A stretch of DNA of 64,000 bases, from the NCBI GenBank assembly GCA_963674595.2, contig CAXXFV010000001.1, positions 1 to 64,000 of the forward strand. Direction: 5' to 3'. A program made the position numbers and the translations under genes. Each line of letters begins with the position of its first letter. Position 1 is the stretch's first letter. The notes beneath the pieces were generated by a model. It did not search any database, was not told the DNA's origin, and saw only the letters and a program-made list of their open reading frames with translations. This document shows, piece after piece, positions 30,394 through 38,688 of this stretch. Source of the DNA: a bacterium. Lineage in GTDB: Bacteria > Zhuqueibacterota > Zhuqueibacteria > Residuimicrobiales > Krinioviventaceae.

Positions 30394-31696
30394 ATAAATA
30401 TTTTTTCAACAAGTGTTTTTGGCTGTCAACCATTTCGTTAAACAGGCTTTTAATTTCTGACGGAGAACAAACAGCAGCCGTCAGCGGGTCTATTAACAAT
30501 GCCTTGTAAGCAAGCTCAAGATCGAAAGATATAACAGCTTCTGCAACAAGCTCGTGGATTGATATGTGTTGTTTGTTTAAAGCAGCCAAATGTTCCGGCA
30601 ATGTCCCGTAAAATGTCGGCTGAATCCCATTCCGATCCACAAGGCAGGCCACTTCAACACAGGCGGATTCGGGCAGGTTTGTAATTAATCCGTTATTGAG
30701 TACATTTCCATACATTTTAAACGGTGTGTTGGTTTCTACGGCTTCAATAATATAGGAAGCATATTCAGTGCTTCGTTTTAGCTCGATTTCTTTTTTGCCT
30801 TCAATTTGTAAAAGCGTTTCTTCCATCACTTCTTTACGCCATTTGGGCCAATTGTTTGGGTAAAATCCACTTTCACCCAAATAACCGGAACGGGTATATT
30901 TTTCAAGCAAATCTTTTCGTTTACGGTAATAGGGAACATATTCTGAAAAGTGTCCGCTGGATTCTGTTACAAAATAACCGAAATGCTGCATCATGTCAAA
31001 GCGCACGGGGTCCTGTTCATAAATTTCCGGATTTTTTATGTTTTCCAGTAATTGAGGATAGCAATCAACATTGTCTGCCGTCAACTCTGTCAGCCAGCTC
31101 ATGTGGTTAATGCCGGCGCAGTTCCAGTTTAATTTTTCTTTTGGTAAATCCAAATATTTTGCCAACTGTTCAATAGTATTTTGAACAGAATGACATAATC
31201 CTGTTATTTGCACATCTGTTGCGACAAGACCTGCCAATGTGATAATAGCCATCGGATTGGTATAGTTTAAAAAGATGGCATCAGGGCATAAATCTTCAAT
31301 ATCGTCAAGAATTTCGAGTATTTGGGGTGTTGTCCGTAAAGCTTTGAAAATGCCTCCGGGACCGATTGTGTCACCAATGCATTGATCGATACCATATTTT
31401 AGCGGGATCTGGTAATCTGTCTTCACAACATCCAGTCCGCTCACTTCAATCGTATTAATAACATAATTGCTGTCTTTTAAAACTTTTAAACGGTCTGTCG
31501 ATGCTGTTACCTGCCAGTTTGAATTTGTTAACGAAATGATTTTTTCCACAAGTTTATGGCTTGTTTCCAGACGCTCCTGGTCGATGTCGACAAGGGCCAG
31601 GGTGCCATTTTTAAGCTGAGATATACTTAGAACATCAACAACCAGATTTCTGGTAAAAGTACTGCTCCCTGCTCCAATGAGTGCTATTTTACACAT
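30392..31696 (-). CDS. GH4 NAD-dependent alpha-galactosidase/alpha-glucosidase (MelA-like)
   Basis: IALIGAGS, GDTIGPGGIF, LNYTNPM, GLCHSV, AGINHM, TESSGHFSEY. Confidence 0.9.
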   Translation of the reverse strand: MCKIALIGAGSSTFTRNLVVDVLSISQLKNGTLALVDIDQERLETSHKLVEKIISLTNSNWQVTASTDRLKVLKDSNYVINTIEVSGLDVVKTDYQIPLKYGIDQCIGDTIGPGGIFKALRTTPQILEILDDIEDLCPDAIFLNYTNPMAIITLAGLVATDVQITGLCHSVQNTIEQLAKYLDLPKEKLNWNCAGINHMSWLTELTADNVDCYPQLLENIKNPEIYEQDPVRFDMMQHFGYFVTESSGHFSEYVPYYRKRKDLLEKYTRSGYLGESGFYPNNWPKWRKEVMEETLLQIEGKKEIELKRSTEYASYIIEAVETNTPFKMYGNVLNNGLITNLPESACVEVACLVDRNGIQPTFYGTLPEHLAALNKQHISIHELVAEAVISFDLELAYKALLIDPLTAAVCSPSEIKSLFNEMVDSQKHLLKKYL

Positions 31697-31709
31697 CTAA
31701 CCATCTCCT

Positions 31710-31753
31710 AAAAAAGTTAAGAATGGCCGGCTGTTATCTTTTCCAGCCATTCT
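31710..31753 (-). terminator. Hairpin/terminator between the trehalase-like and GH4 genes
   Basis: Minus strand agaatggctgg...ccggccattct followed by taactttttt. Confidence 0.5.
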
Positions 31754-31768
31754 AAAAATGTAATGTAA

Positions 31769-32905
31769 TTATTCCAGCCCTAATGTATTTAATAAAGCAA
31801 TATAGGTTCCCGCTGTTCCGCCCAATACAGGATTATTGGGGATGTTGTTGGGGAGTTTTTCACTCTTGTTGTCTACATTATACCATTCCCACATTTCACC
31901 GGTTTTTTCATAAATGTCATAAACCATGCTCAGCCAGTTGGAACCGATATCAGCGGCATCTTCCATAAACTCATAGTCGCAGAGTCCTTTAACCGTGAAA
32001 TATGTATAAGGCGCATAGGACAATGGAAAATGCCAGGAACCATTATGATTATTTTCTTTTGCTGCAACACAAATTCCTCCATCTCCTAAAAATTGGCCTA
32101 TTTGGTTAACCAGCACACCGGCACGGTCGCTATTGATCATCTCGGCGAATAATGGCATAAAACCGGCAATCGTTTTATGATCACTTGATTTTTTATTGAT
32201 AAAATCGTTGTCAAAATAAAATTCTTTTTTATCATTCCAGCACATATCGATAAGTTTTTCAATTTGCTGACTTTTTTTAATTAGATTATTATCACCCTGC
32301 CCCTCAGCTTCAACCTGCAAATCATAAATTATTAACGCATTGCGATACAACAGGGCATTCAGGTCTACAGGATTAAAATTTTGCGGTTCATTAAAACGAA
32401 TCAATTGTGTGTCATTATCTGTGCTTTCGGTCTCTGATTTGGTTTTATCATCTGTATAGTACCTGAATAATCCGGTAGGAGTTGTATGTGGTTTAGCGGT
32501 CCAATATTGATATTCTTTTACAACATCCGGCAACATACGTCTCAGCCATTCTTTATCACCTGTAGCTCTATATATATCACGGACCATCCATGGCAGCAAA
32601 GGTGGCTGAAAATTTGTTGCAATATTTTTATGGTTTGAGGCCGGAACAAAGTCGAGTTTACGCGCAAGGAATATGAGATTCTCCACATTGTGGCGGGCAT
32701 AATCGATCATTTTCATTTTAATTAGACCAATGTTGATAAAAAATGTATCCCAATAATAAAGTGCTTCTCGTATGCCCTTTCCCGGAACAACGTAGGGATA
32801 GGGTAGAGCCAATAATTCCGGAGTTTCTGTCTTGGTTTCACGTATAAATTCATCTTTAATACGTTTTTGAATTTCTGGAATTAATGAATGAAAATTTAGG
32901 GACAT
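31769..32905 (-). CDS. Trehalase (GH37)-like glycoside hydrolase, divergent
   Basis: LPYPYVVPG, EALYYWDTFF, QPP, NPVDLNALLY, MWEWYNV. Confidence 0.7.
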   Translation of the reverse strand: MSLNFHSLIPEIQKRIKDEFIRETKTETPELLALPYPYVVPGKGIREALYYWDTFFINIGLIKMKMIDYARHNVENLIFLARKLDFVPASNHKNIATNFQPPLLPWMVRDIYRATGDKEWLRRMLPDVVKEYQYWTAKPHTTPTGLFRYYTDDKTKSETESTDNDTQLIRFNEPQNFNPVDLNALLYRNALIIYDLQVEAEGQGDNNLIKKSQQIEKLIDMCWNDKKEFYFDNDFINKKSSDHKTIAGFMPLFAEMINSDRAGVLVNQIGQFLGDGGICVAAKENNHNGSWHFPLSYAPYTYFTVKGLCDYEFMEDAADIGSNWLSMVYDIYEKTGEMWEWYNVDNKSEKLPNNIPNNPVLGGTAGTYIALLNTLGLE

Positions 32906-33111
32906 TTTAAAACCTCTCATTTAATGTTTGAGTTATATTAATATAAAATGTGTGTAAAGTTTGTTTAATAAAGAAAAGATGAAGAATTTTAAGGGGATTT
33001 TTGAAATAACAGTGTAATTATGTGGATTTGTTTGTTTGAATTTTGAATGTATGAAATTCGTAGAAATATGCGTGTGTAAAGGATTCATGCCGGTTTAATT
33101 AATTCCTGATA

Positions 33112-33954
33112 TCAGTTTAATATTTTTTTAATAAAAGGGCGGATAAAAAATACTTTCAAGCTCGTTGTTAAATACTTAAAATAGTGAAGCTTTTTAAGGG
33201 CATAGGTGTAACTGTTAATATAAGTTGGAATGTCACTAAGAGATTTTGGTTTTATTTCCAAAGTCAGGTAGCCTGCAAAGTCAGTAGATTTGATCGTATC
33301 AAAAATTTCTTCAACAGGCAGCACACCTCCATTGGCAAAAGGAAGGTGAACATCATCATCTTCAAGGCAGTCTGACATGTGCACGCAGCCTATTTCATCT
33401 TTAAATTGATGGAACATGGCAACCGGATCGTTTCCTGTTACAAAATAATGGGGACCGTCAAAACACATTCCGGCAAGTTGATTGCCGAGTTTTTCTTTAA
33501 CATAGAGATATTGAGAGTAAAATTGTTGCGGTGGTGTGCCATCCGGAATGTTTTCCAGATAGACGGGCATGTTTAATTTTTTTAAATTTTCTACAAGAAA
33601 ATCTATGGATGTTTCCATGGGTTGTTTGGCTTCTTGCGGTTCCGGCGGATGTGAAATAACATGTTGAATGTTCAGGGCATCTTTATAGGTATTCAAATTA
33701 TTAACAAGCTTGTTAATTTCATCCTGTTTTTCTAAACAGGATAGATCATAACCGTTGTCGTGTATTAACGGCAGATGAAAGGCGGTTTTTATGCCATTAA
33801 TTTTACTTATCACCTGATCTGTTTCATTAAACACACTTGTTGTAACTTCTACAAAGTTGATACCGATAATTTTCAATGCACCAATGAGCATGGATGGAGA
33901 AAGACCTTGGTAGCAATCTACGGATACACCTATCAGTGGTTTTTTATGGAGCAT
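33112..33954 (-). CDS. Xylose isomerase-like TIM-barrel protein (AP endonuclease 2 family)
   Basis: FHLP, YLENI, CFDGPH, VHMSD...DVHLP, LTLEI metal-ligand pattern. Confidence 0.75.
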   Translation of the reverse strand: MLHKKPLIGVSVDCYQGLSPSMLIGALKIIGINFVEVTTSVFNETDQVISKINGIKTAFHLPLIHDNGYDLSCLEKQDEINKLVNNLNTYKDALNIQHVISHPPEPQEAKQPMETSIDFLVENLKKLNMPVYLENIPDGTPPQQFYSQYLYVKEKLGNQLAGMCFDGPHYFVTGNDPVAMFHQFKDEIGCVHMSDCLEDDDVHLPFANGGVLPVEEIFDTIKSTDFAGYLTLEIKPKSLSDIPTYINSYTYALKKLHYFKYLTTSLKVFFIRPFIKKILN

Positions 33955-34016
33955 AGTATTGTTATCTCTTATTATTCTTTAATACATCAACTCATTATTA
34001 CATGAATTTCTTCCCA

Positions 34017-34430
34017 TTAAAATAGTTTAACACAAATTAAATAGACCCAATTAACGGGAATTGCAGAGAGAAGAATAATCTTACGGATTTTTTTCTCTTT
34101 TTGACTGAGTTCAAAATGGATTACCCGATGTGTTAACAAACCACTCACTGTATTCATTCCCCAAGCCAGGAGACCAATATATAAAAAGAAAAAAAGTGGA
34201 TTAGAGTTAAGTGATTGTAAAATATGAAACTGACTTAGATAAATGCCTGCGTGAGTAGCACCGCAGGAAGGGCAGGGTATACCGGTCCATTTTTGAAATA
34301 AGCACACTGGCATATATTCTACAATAAATGGCGATAAATAGGCTAAAATAAGGCCGATTATACCAATAAAAAGATATCCGATGCCAACCTGAAGATCTCG
34401 AATACTTTTTGTTCGAATGCTGATTTTCAC
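34017..34430 (-). CDS. DUF2752 family membrane protein
   Basis: CLFQKWTGIPCPSCGATHA...NPL. Confidence 0.85.
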   Translation of the reverse strand: MKISIRTKSIRDLQVGIGYLFIGIIGLILAYLSPFIVEYMPVCLFQKWTGIPCPSCGATHAGIYLSQFHILQSLNSNPLFFFLYIGLLAWGMNTVSGLLTHRVIHFELSQKEKKIRKIILLSAIPVNWVYLICVKLF

Positions 34431-34581
34431 TATAAGTAACTGAGGTCCATATTATCCTATATTCTTGATCTTTGGCAAAATTACTTTATTACTGTTTGAA
34501 ATGCAAGATTTTTTTTTTCTGTAACCTTGCTCGTGCGTAAACGTCCAAAAAATAAAAAGCCCTGATTTTAAGGAGGATGTC

Positions 34582-35610
34582 ATGAAAAAATTATTTGTTA
34601 CAGTATTTGTTCTTTTATTCAGTGTTATACTGTTTGCCGATGAAAAAACAATGATAAATAAATATGATGATGATCTTGTCTGTGTTGAAAAAAGCGACAA
34701 GGCCTGGCTTGGTGTACAGGTGAGGGACCTGGACCGTGAATATAAAAAGGAGACTGAGACCAAAGCAAATTACGGGGCCGTGATTGATCATATCCTGGAT
34801 GATACTCCCGCAGATGAAGCCGGTCTTAAACCCGGGGACGTTATTGTTAAACTTAATAATGAAAAGATTACAGATTCCAATGATGTTATAGAGGTTATTG
34901 AACAATTAAAACCCGGAGATATGATAGAATGCAGAGTGATAAGGGGCAAAGATTCAATTACCAAAGTTATTAAACTTGCGGCAAGGCCCCGACATAAAAT
35001 TCGTATTTTTAATGATAATATTAAAGATTTTTATTTTGGTACCGGTTTTATGGGTATGAAAGTACAGGAACTGGATGATAATTTGGCATCGTATTTTAAT
35101 GTTTCTGCTGATGCGGGTTTGCTGGTCACACATATTGAACCCGGAGAAGCGGCAGATAAGGCTGGTCTGCATTCCGGTGATATTTTGACAAAAATTAATA
35201 ATAAAAAAATTGAAAATAAGAAAATATTTTCTAAATTGTTAAAAGACCTGAAAAAGGGTGATAGTGTTGATATTGAGTTTATTCGGACGGGTAAACACAT
35301 GAATGCAACAATCACACTGGAGGATGAACCATCGTTTTTATTAAATGATTTTAATTTGGATACGAGTTTTTATCCCCGATGGAGAAATCGTTTTCAGGAA
35401 CGTTTTTTTGATGATATGAAAAGTTACCATAAAAATTATCAAAAATACCGTGATTTTTATGATCAGGAGTTTCGTGAAAAGTTGGATAAAGAAATAGAAA
35501 ACAAACTTTTTCAAAAAGAATTGGATATGGATAAACTGAAAATTGAAATGGAACAATTAAAATCCGATGTTAAAAATTTAAAAGAAAGAATCAAAAAGTA
35601 TGAACAATGA
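34582..35610 (+). CDS. Exported tandem-PDZ protein with C-terminal coiled coil, no protease domain
   Basis: Signal peptide; two PDZ domains (WLGV...PADEAGLKPGDVI; FMGM...AADKAGLHSGDIL). Confidence 0.8.
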   Translation: MKKLFVTVFVLLFSVILFADEKTMINKYDDDLVCVEKSDKAWLGVQVRDLDREYKKETETKANYGAVIDHILDDTPADEAGLKPGDVIVKLNNEKITDSNDVIEVIEQLKPGDMIECRVIRGKDSITKVIKLAARPRHKIRIFNDNIKDFYFGTGFMGMKVQELDDNLASYFNVSADAGLLVTHIEPGEAADKAGLHSGDILTKINNKKIENKKIFSKLLKDLKKGDSVDIEFIRTGKHMNATITLEDEPSFLLNDFNLDTSFYPRWRNRFQERFFDDMKSYHKNYQKYRDFYDQEFREKLDKEIENKLFQKELDMDKLKIEMEQLKSDVKNLKERIKKYEQ

Positions 35611-36664
35611 AAATGAACGAGTAACCGGTTCCCCTTTACCAAAAGAACAAGTAATCAAAGCAATTGAAAAAAAGAATCCGAAACGAATCCCCATGGTGTT
35701 TGCAAAATGGTGGGGAGAAGGATTGGTGGATCAATATGGCGATGCTCTTGCAGAGTTTGAAAAATACCCAAATGATGTTGAGATGCTGATGATTCGAAAT
35801 CCGGTAGACCCTGAACGTATGTCATTATCCTGGAATTGGAAAACCAGTAAAGCCAGAGATTCTGCCTGTATAATTGATAATTGGGACAAGCTGGATGAAT
35901 TTATTGAAAAGATTCCCCAGCCTGATAATGATGACCAATTCGAAGCGTCTTTGCATATTGCCCAAAAGGCACACGCTGATGGCCGGTACTTGTTATTCGG
36001 CTGGTGGCATCTTTTTTTCGAACAGCCCTGGATGCTGAGGGGGATGGAAAACCTGATGTGTGATTATTATGCCTATCCGGACATGATTCATCGTTTTCAC
36101 CAGGCCATGTGTGATACCTATGAAAAGTATTTATTAAAAGCTGTTGAGATGTTTCAACCGGACGGGTTTTGGACAAGTGATGATCTTGGTCATCAAACCG
36201 GCCCGATGATGAGCCCGGATATTTTTCATGAATTTTTATTTCCCTACTATAATAAAATCGGTACTTTTTTAAAAAAGAACAATATCCATTTTTGGTTACA
36301 TAGTTGTGGTGATAACACTTTATTAATGCCTGATTTAATACATGCCGGTGTTTCTATTTTTCACCCGGTACAAAAGGGCACAATGGATGCTAAAGAAACG
36401 GTTGAAAAATTTGGCGACCAGATAAGCTTTCTTGCCGGATTCGATGTGCAGCACGCGCTTCAGGAACTTGATCCCGATGCCGTGCGTGAAGAAGTGAAAA
36501 GGTTGATCGATCTGTTCGATAAACAGGAAGGCGGAATGTGTATTGCCGCCGGCAACGGTATTGTTGCCGGTACACCCATTGATAACATTCGGGCTTTTTT
36601 GGATGAAGCTTTTAAATACGGTGCAACACATCGAAACCAATTGTCTGCACAAAATCCCGCTTGA
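35600..36664 (+). CDS. Uroporphyrinogen decarboxylase/MtaA-CmuA family protein
   Basis: LRGMENLM, SDDLG...MMSP, LHSCG, GFDVQ, TPIDNI. Confidence 0.8.
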   Translation: MNNENERVTGSPLPKEQVIKAIEKKNPKRIPMVFAKWWGEGLVDQYGDALAEFEKYPNDVEMLMIRNPVDPERMSLSWNWKTSKARDSACIIDNWDKLDEFIEKIPQPDNDDQFEASLHIAQKAHADGRYLLFGWWHLFFEQPWMLRGMENLMCDYYAYPDMIHRFHQAMCDTYEKYLLKAVEMFQPDGFWTSDDLGHQTGPMMSPDIFHEFLFPYYNKIGTFLKKNNIHFWLHSCGDNTLLMPDLIHAGVSIFHPVQKGTMDAKETVEKFGDQISFLAGFDVQHALQELDPDAVREEVKRLIDLFDKQEGGMCIAAGNGIVAGTPIDNIRAFLDEAFKYGATHRNQLSAQNPA

Positions 36665-36689
36665 CTTTTGGCAAAAATTTTTGTACTTT
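36661..36689 (+). promoter_or_regulatory. Sigma70-type promoter for the Met leader/homocysteine operon
   Basis: TTGACT-N17-TACTTT ending 31 nt upstream of the leader ATG. Confidence 0.6.
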
Positions 36690-36720
36690 TTCAAAAATTT
36701 AACAAACAAAAAGAATTAAT

Positions 36721-36807
36721 ATGGTATACTTGCATAAAAAATATATGTATATGATGATGTTTTATTTTATGAGAAAAAGCGGGCTTGCCGCAGGTTTACC
36801 TGATTAA
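36721..36807 (+). CDS. Methionine-rich leader peptide, 28 aa (MVYLHKKYMYMMMFYFMRKSGLAAGLPD)
   Basis: 6 ATG codons including ATG-TAT-ATG-ATG-ATG at 36745-36759; lies between the promoter and a terminator preceding a homocysteine biosynthesis operon. Confidence 0.78.
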   Translation: MVYLHKKYMYMMMFYFMRKSGLAAGLPD

Positions 36808-36866
36808 TCAATATACATAAAAGGAACTTGCAAAGGCCCATAGAAAAATCTGTGGGCTTTTTTTTT
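36781..36866 (+). promoter_or_regulatory. Attenuator with mutually exclusive antiterminator (36781-36839) and terminator (36834-36866)
   Basis: Terminator GCCCATAGA-AAAA-TCTGTGGGC plus T9. Antiterminator GGGCTT (36781-86) pairs with AGGCCC (36834-39), and GCAGGTTT (36790-97) with GAACTTGC (36824-31). Confidence 0.75.
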
Positions 36867-36869
36867 ATT

Positions 36870-37604
36870 ATGTCTAAAAGATGGACACGACATTCGGTTG
36901 AAATTAAGGAATCCATTTTAACTGTTTTATGCCATAAACAATATTTTAAGATAGTACTTGATGCTGTTGAATTTAGCCGTAATGTTTTAGAGAATTATAT
37001 TAAGGCCCATTCAGAATTTGCTCGTTCTTTTGAGCCGGTTTTTTGTAACGATAATGATCCGGAAATAATAAAAAATATGTGCCGGGCTGCACAACACGCC
37101 GGTGTGGGTCCTATGGCTTCTGTTGCCGGTGCGGTCGCAAAAACTGTTTTGGATTTTTTACTTGAAGCAGGCGCGGATGAAGCTGTTGTTGATAACGGCG
37201 GAGACATTGTCCTCAAAGTAAACGAACCTGTTAAAATTGGTGTTTTTGCAGGAAAGTCCGGATTGAATAATCTGGCATTTGTTATTCCGCCAGGCGATAA
37301 TAGTTTGGCTTTATGCACATCATCCGGCACTGTCGGGCATTCTTTTAGTTACGGCAAAGCGGATGCGGCTATAGTCTTTTCAAACGATGCTTTTGTGGCT
37401 GATGCTTCGGCAACAGCGTTGGGAAACAGAATAAAAAGTATCGACGATCTGGAACGTTCGTTTGAAATATTTGAAAATAAAGATGATATTAATGGTGCAA
37501 TTGCGATTTTAGGTGATCAGATTGCATTATGGGGTGATTTACCCGAAATAATAAAAGCAAATGTTGATACGGAATTGATAACAAAAGGAAGAATATATGC
37601 GTAA
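36870..37604 (+). CDS. UPF0280/ApbE-like protein (COG2122, MA1715-like)
   Basis: GVGPMASVAGAVA, VVDNGGDI, CTSSGTVGHSFSYGKADA, ADASATALGN; ATG 36870 preferred because the track's TTG start overlaps the attenuator. Confidence 0.87.
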   Translation: MSKRWTRHSVEIKESILTVLCHKQYFKIVLDAVEFSRNVLENYIKAHSEFARSFEPVFCNDNDPEIIKNMCRAAQHAGVGPMASVAGAVAKTVLDFLLEAGADEAVVDNGGDIVLKVNEPVKIGVFAGKSGLNNLAFVIPPGDNSLALCTSSGTVGHSFSYGKADAAIVFSNDAFVADASATALGNRIKSIDDLERSFEIFENKDDINGAIAILGDQIALWGDLPEIIKANVDTELITKGRIYA

Positions 37605-38655
37605 AATTAGATGTGCTGTTTTAGGAGCAACCGGCGTTGTCGGACAGCATTTTTTAAAATTATTGGTTGATCATCCATATTTTGAACTTGTGGCAATTTG
37701 CGCCAGTGATGCCCGTGCAGGACAAAAACTACATACAGCACGGGAACATGTTCCGGGCGGTTTGCCGAAATCTTTTTCACACCTGGAATTTGATCCGATT
37801 GATGTGGCAATATTAAAAAATAAAAAAGTTGACATTGTTTTTTCTGCATTACCGGCAGATGTTGCACAAACGATTGAAAAAGAAGCTGCAAAAAACGGTA
37901 TTAACGTTTTTTCAAATGCAAGCGCTTATCGTATGGACAGTCAGGTGCCTATTCTTATCCCGGAAGTTAACCATGAACATATCGATTTGATTAAAGCACA
38001 GAAGAAAGAAACTCCCGGATTTATTATAACCAATGCCAACTGTACAACAACGGGCCTGGCCATGGCCCTGGCGCCGATTCAACCATTGGGTATTAAAAAG
38101 CTGATTATGGCAAGTTACCAGGCCATTTCCGGTGCCGGTTACCCGGGTTTGCCGACTATGGATATATTAACAAATGTTATTCCTTACATCGGCGGTGAGG
38201 AACCCAAAGTTTTAGCAGAATGTGCAAAAATCTTTGGAAAATGTGATTCGGATGTTATTAAAGACGCTGATTGGGAAATTCATGCCCATTGTGTTCGGGT
38301 GCAAACCATTGTCGGACATTTGATTTCCGTTCATCTTGAACTGGAAAAAGAAGTAAAATATGAAGAGGTATTAAACCTTATAAAATCATACAAAGCCCCT
38401 GAAAAGGTAGCCGGGCTTCCAACGGCGCCGGTTGAACCTGTTCTTTATACAGATGTTCCAACACGTCCGCAGCCAATGCTGGATGTTAATGCCGGAGATC
38501 CGCAACGGGCAGCAGGTATGGCCGTAACAATCGGGCGGCTTGAGGTAAAAGGAAATATAGTACGATTTTTAACCTTGTCAAATAATCTGGTTCGCGGAGC
38601 AGCAGGTGGTTCCATTCTAAATGCTGAATTGGCTTATCAGGAAAAATTAATTTGA
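37597..38655 (+). CDS. asd: Aspartate-semialdehyde dehydrogenase (archaeal/fungal-like type)
   Basis: VLGATGVVGQ, FSNASAYRM, PEVN, TNANCTT, YQAISGAG, NLVRGAAG. Confidence 0.93.
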   Translation: MRKIRCAVLGATGVVGQHFLKLLVDHPYFELVAICASDARAGQKLHTAREHVPGGLPKSFSHLEFDPIDVAILKNKKVDIVFSALPADVAQTIEKEAAKNGINVFSNASAYRMDSQVPILIPEVNHEHIDLIKAQKKETPGFIITNANCTTTGLAMALAPIQPLGIKKLIMASYQAISGAGYPGLPTMDILTNVIPYIGGEEPKVLAECAKIFGKCDSDVIKDADWEIHAHCVRVQTIVGHLISVHLELEKEVKYEEVLNLIKSYKAPEKVAGLPTAPVEPVLYTDVPTRPQPMLDVNAGDPQRAAGMAVTIGRLEVKGNIVRFLTLSNNLVRGAAGGSILNAELAYQEKLI

Positions 38656-38688
38656 TGATACGGGTTCTGAAAGAGGATTGACCATACC

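Noticed and set aside
36828-36869. Track's N-terminal extension of the UPF0280 ORF (MQRPIEKSVGFFFI)
   Set aside because: This is the terminator hairpin and T-tract read in frame; ATG 36870 is the plausible start
36690-36870. SAM riboswitch or T-box upstream of the homocysteine operon
   Set aside because: No SAM-I core or T-box (AAGGTGGTACC-like) motif visible by eye; the leader-peptide model explains the region. An Rfam scan was not run
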